Shown piece by piece: positions 59,550-64,000 of a stretch of 64,000 bases of DNA (its first letter is position 1; every line of letters begins with the position of its first letter). The position numbers and the translations under genes are program-made. The DNA comes from a virus, in the IMG/VR virus record IMGVR_UViG_3300014208_000031, positions 1 to 64,000 of that record, one strand, 5' to 3'. The notes under the pieces are model-generated. The model was not told the DNA's origin. It made no database searches and worked only from the letters and a program-made list of their open reading frames with translations.

Positions 59550-60829
59550 GTGAATAGATTTACTTTTATAAAATCACTATTTTTAACTTTAGCCGCGGCG
59601 GCTATTCCGTTTAAATCAAACAAACCAAAATTTGGACACTATGATGTTTCTAAACCTCCATATCCAAATATGAGAATGGGCGATTGGATTTGCGTGAGCG
59701 AAAATAGCTCTGACATGATGCAAAATAAATGTATTATGGAGGCCGATGATATTGAAGGTTGGATTAGATATTGGCCCACGGACGATAAAGGACATTTAAC
59801 TGATTACGTCGAACATATTCGTAAATCCGGCGGAAACATGTATGAGAATAACCTTAATTTTAGAATCGTTTATAAAGGAAAAGATAAAAGATTTTTACAA
59901 TATTCTTAACAATTTCAAAACAAAAGTATATTATATCTTATAAACCATATGTATCAAAATAAATATATGAAACAAAAACCTTTACCTAAAACCGAAAAAC
60001 AAATACGTTTAATTATTGAAGATAGATTATCTTTACAGTCAACCAGCCGATCTTTAGAACTTTACAGGCTTCCTTCAATTTCATTAAACTATTTTGAGTC
60101 CGCCGATTTCGCGCGGATTTATGAAACTTGGGATGAATTTCGGAAACGCAGCTTCCTAAAAACCGTGGCCGGTGAATATCAGTATTTTCTTAAAGGATTT
60201 ATTGAGAGAAATTTAAGTCAAGAACTAGCAAGTTAATGAATCCGCGCGATTTTACATTTTGGTTGCATGGATATTTTGAACTTAGTAACTCAAATAATTT
60301 ATCCGCCGGACAAGTTCAGGAAATTAGAAATCATTTGGATTTAGTATTTAATAGAAATATTCTATCTTTCAAGTTATCTCAATACCCCGATCCTCTTAGA
60401 CAAACTAATATAGAGCGTGCATCCGCCGGATTACCACCCTTGTATTGTTAATTATGACTCCTAATAACTATCAAAAACATTTAACGCGCGGCTCAATTTT
60501 AACATTTCAAGAAATAATGACAGGGCAAACCTCTAAACCTAAATAAAATAATGACAAGTGAACAATATGTAAGTTGGCTGGACGGATTCCTTTCTGCGAT
60601 TAACGGAAATGAATTAACTATTAGCCAGATGAATTTGATTAAGACTAAATTAGATAGTGTTTTTAATAAGGTAACTCCGCCGGTTATTTCTGGCAATATT
60701 TCTACTTGTGGTTATTATAACCATAATCCGGCAAATTTCAATTATAATTATTTATCATATGGCGGATTAAGTGGATTATCTGGAGTATCGGTGCTAGATT
60801 TCTATCAAAACATACCAATAACCTGTTAA
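59550..60829 (+). CDS. Accessory ORFs inside the tail module (59550-59909, 59949-60236, 60236-60451, 60551-60829)
   Basis: The first has a Tat-like N-terminus (MNRFTFIKSL); the last two are paralogues. Confidence 0.55.
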
Positions 60830-60869
60830 TTTAACAAACAAAACTAAGGAATAAGAAAAATAAAAAAAT

Positions 60870-62735
60870 ATGCGCGAACTATTTTCATATAATTTACTCT
60901 ATAAGGTCAAAGAAGACGTGACCGAAGAATTAGAACCCGGTAAAAAAACAATTACTACTAAATTAGTAGAGAAACCGGTAAGGGTAATTTTAAAAGAGCA
61001 AAATAGGGCAGATATGTCGGCTGCAAATAGCGTTTATCAAATTGAATGGTCCGACGCGATCAGAAAAGGGATTTTGCCCCGTAGTCTAATTAGTAAGAAA
61101 TTTCGTGAAAGTGAAGGAATTTTAACTCCAAATGAGATTAAAGCGTTAGAAGAGATTAACAAAATTATTGAGGATGTGAAGGACGAATACCAAACTATCA
61201 ATTCCAAAGAAACTAAATCTAAAGAAGATGAAGATAAAATTCAAGAATTAATGGAGAAATTTAGTTGGGCTAATGAACAATTAGCATCGCTAGAAGAAGT
61301 TAACGAGTCACTTTTTCAGAATTCGGCGGAAAATTTAGCATGGTCAAAACAATTAATGTTTAATATACTCAATCTTTCCCACGTTGAGTTTGTCCCCGGC
61401 AAAATTATTCCTTACACTCAAGGTGACACGTTGGATGAAAAATTAGAATATTTAGATAAAATCGCGGCGGACGAATCAAGCGATGAATCAAAAGAAAAGG
61501 CTAGATTATATGATGAAATTTTAAGTATTAACACTGAATTTTTAAAATTAGTTTCAACTGGAAAAGTGACTAAAGAACAATTTCCTGCGATCCGTGAAAG
61601 TATTGAAAAGAAAGAAGTTAAAATCGAGCCGCCCGCCGAGGAAGTTAAAAAAGAGTCTAAAATTGAAGTAATTCCGGCGGAAGATAAAATAGTTTAATTT
61701 TAGATAGTTAGCTTGTGAAATATCATGCTAAATGAATCTGAAATAGTTTTCCTTAGAAAAATCTACGCGGAATTGTGCGCAGGTTATTCTATCTATGATT
61801 TAAACAGTAAAGAGTGTTATATAAGACATTTTGGTATTATTGATGATTTACAAACCGACACCCTCTACACAAATCAACTAAATAAATTAAAACAAAAAAA
61901 AGTTTTTACCGAGTCCGAAAAACTTAACTATCTCATAAAAAACGAACTTTGGGATAAAAAACAAGAAGAAAAAATTAAGTTTGTTCAGGAAACTTTAAAA
62001 GATTTATATACAAATAAACGAAAAGTTTTTAAGCCAGCGGATATTGAGTTTTATCGTGGTCAAATAGAGGAAAACGAGAAGTTTTTAAATAAAATATTGG
62101 TAGAACGGTGGAATTTGTTAGGTGAAACCGCCGAGGTCTTGGCAAGAAAATCTAGTGATTTATTGTTAATTAAAAAGTCATTTTTTAAAGATGCTGGGCT
62201 AAAAAAACCTTTTCATACAGATAAGCAATTTGAAGATTTGTCCGCCGAGGAGGTTGACAGCCTTTTTTCACTATACAATAAATTTCAAAATGATGTTAGT
62301 GAAAAAAATATTAAAAAAATTGCTGTCCAGAGATTTTTTCATGACCTTTATTTTTTAAGTCAATCGCCGACCGACTTCTTTGGAAAAAGTTTAATACAGA
62401 TGACTCATGTACAATCTAAATTACTCATATACGGCGGATATTTTAAGGGTATATTAGAAAATAATAGTATTCCAGACGATATTATGGACAATGCAGAAGC
62501 CATCGAAGAGTGGGCGTCAGGAAGAAAAAATATCGTTGAAGTTATAGAAAAACAAGAGGCGTCCGGCGGAGATAATGCTGTAGTAAGTTTGCCTGGTGTA
62601 AATAAGGAAATTTTGAAACGGTACGGGATTGATAATCCACAGGGAAATGCTAACGACCAAAAACTTGCAACTAAATTAAAAGAATCGGGTGGAGAGTTAT
62701 CAACTCAACAGATGATAGAATTGGGTCTTGCTTAA
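60870..62735 (+). CDS. Two probable tail assembly chaperones (60870-61697, 61725-62735)
   Basis: Acidic helical proteins between the tail tube and the expected tape measure gene. Confidence 0.5.
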
Positions 62736-63718
62736 ATCTGATAATCCCGCCACTCGCCGGAATCGTAACGAGATTTGAATGCGTTAAATTGTTCTCGGGT
62801 GTTGTTTCTATTCCCATAAAGATGGTGAAATAAATCATGAACTTCAATTGATAATGTTATTCCGTTGTCTAGTTCATACCTTTTTTCTTTACACCAATTA
62901 TATCCTTCTAAATGGTGGGCGCAAATTTTCTGGCCTTTAATTCCTGTTAATTGACAGGTTCTATTATCGCGTTTAAAAACTTGTATTTTCCATTCCATAT
63001 ATTCTGGTAAATAATTTCTTTTTCCATAATTAGCAAGTCTAGCCCTTTCTTCTTCGGAAATATCTTTACGCCAATTAGGATGATTTTCTTTCTTTTGGTT
63101 ATTGTCTCGTTCAATTTTTAAACATCCACAGGATTTGGTATTAGAACTTTTAAGATGTTGACTAGATACAATAATTTCTTTTCCACAATCACATAGGCAT
63201 GTATATTGAGCCACAAAATTTTTAGTATGATGATATGATATAACTTTCAATCTGTTGAATTTTTGACCTATTATATTTTTTCTGTTACCAATTAAGCATC
63301 CACAACTTTTTGTTGCCCCCGATATTAATCTTCCGGTTTGAACTACAGTATAATTACCACATTCACATAGGCAATTCCAATAACATCCTTTTGCTCCTTT
63401 GGCGTCTTTTCCACTGTTTCTACGAGAAAGATTCAAAGCTGTTAATTTGACAAATTTTTGATTAGTTAGGTCTATGTATCTAGATTGATTTCTTTCTATT
63501 ATTTTTGACAGGTTTAAACATCCGCAACTTTTAGTTGAGCTAGATTTTAAACTAGTTCCAACAACAATTGTTGTTGTAGTTTTATCTTCAGAACATTGAC
63601 ATAGACATTTCCAATTAGCGCTTCTGTTTTTATCGACATGTGAAAATTCGATAACAGTTAATCTGCTAAATATTTGTCCGGTTAAATCCTTAATTCTTTT
63701 GTTCGGAATTAAGTTCAT
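62732..63718 (-). CDS. HNH homing endonuclease with three DLTGQ.F.RL.V...C.C.CG...SCGC repeats
   Basis: Repeats plus VFKRD...AHHL...DNGITL...HDLFH. Confidence 0.88.
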   Translation of the reverse strand: MNLIPNKRIKDLTGQIFSRLTVIEFSHVDKNRSANWKCLCQCSEDKTTTTIVVGTSLKSSSTKSCGCLNLSKIIERNQSRYIDLTNQKFVKLTALNLSRRNSGKDAKGAKGCYWNCLCECGNYTVVQTGRLISGATKSCGCLIGNRKNIIGQKFNRLKVISYHHTKNFVAQYTCLCDCGKEIIVSSQHLKSSNTKSCGCLKIERDNNQKKENHPNWRKDISEEERARLANYGKRNYLPEYMEWKIQVFKRDNRTCQLTGIKGQKICAHHLEGYNWCKEKRYELDNGITLSIEVHDLFHHLYGNRNNTREQFNAFKSRYDSGEWRDYQI

Positions 63719-63866
63719 TTTCTTTAATCAAATTTTCCACGGCCATTGTTACGAGTTGTGTTCGCGTGTAATTTTTTCTTTCAGCTAATTCTTGTAGCTT
63801 TTCTACCAACTCGGGATCGAAAAAATAATTCTCGCGAATTTTTTCTTTTTTTGTTTTTATTTTCAT
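63690..63866 (-). CDS. Ribbon-helix-helix (CopG-like) regulator, 58 aa
   Basis: Read by eye: RENYFFDPELVEKLQELAERKNYTRTQLVTMAVE; overlaps the HNH start. Confidence 0.7.
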   Translation of the reverse strand: MKIKTKKEKIRENYFFDPELVEKLQELAERKNYTRTQLVTMAVENLIKENELNSEQKN

Positions 63867-63951
63867 ATAGTTTTATATCCTTTTAGCTATATTTATTTAC
63901 ACTTAATTCTGATAAAAATGAAGAAATATTTTAAAAAAGTTTAATAAAAAT

Positions 63952-64000
63952 AGTGTAAATACTATATAACTAATTAAAGGAACAAGAAATAAACTAAATG
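63952..64000 (+). promoter_or_regulatory. Late motif and leader ending in ATG (63998) of the next gene, probably the tape measure
   Basis: AGTGTAAA at 63952; the window ends with ATG. Confidence 0.55.

Noticed and set aside
60870-62735. Programmed -1 frameshift joining the tail chaperones
   Set aside because: No in-frame X XXY YYZ heptamer seen near the end of the first gene, and the second has its own ATG.
1-64000. Stop-codon reassignment, or an integron integrase in the window
   Set aside because: Core genes are intact in the standard code, and no ORF shows tyrosine-recombinase R-H-R-Y motifs.

Overview
This is a 64-kb segment of a large, AT-rich, tailed dsDNA phage. The host is probably a member of the Verrucomicrobiota. 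That is inferred from an ORF resembling a Verrucomicrobia-type RpoB insertion (recalled, not searched); the SD-less A/C-rich leaders are compatible with it. 1-16 kb holds early/accessory genes on the + strand in units with sigma70-like promoters and intrinsic terminators: many small ORFs, a metallophosphoesterase, tRNA-Leu(CAA), a D-armless tRNA-like RNA, two histone-H1-like proteins and a RuvB-like ATPase. Two largely non-coding blocks lie at about 12.3-13.7 kb and 15.9-16.7 kb. 16.7-20.3 kb holds GC-rich virion/appendage genes and 20.4-23.4 kb a small minus-strand cluster. 23.6-64 kb is the late module: PhoH, phage sigma factor, ERCC4 nuclease, intein-containing terminase, portal, lysis genes, protease/scaffold, major capsid, head-tail genes, tail tube and chaperones. 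Nine free-standing homing-endonuclease-like genes and one intein interrupt this module. The most notable finding is a complete 1,476-bp integron gene cassette (38002-39477, minus strand, 3 genes). It is inserted precisely into a gene-less attC site in phage DNA that has its own upstream sigma70-like promoter, and no integrase is present in the window, so this looks like a phage landing pad for host integron cassettes. Other highlights are a stand-alone RNA polymerase beta-insertion-like protein, an 8/4 D-armless tRNA(UCU), a bipartite late promoter TTT(C/G)A-N15-AGTGTAAA that also reveals a nested scaffold gene, and an excess of CCGC/GCGG words in native genes. All protein calls come from motif recognition and gene order; no database search was run.
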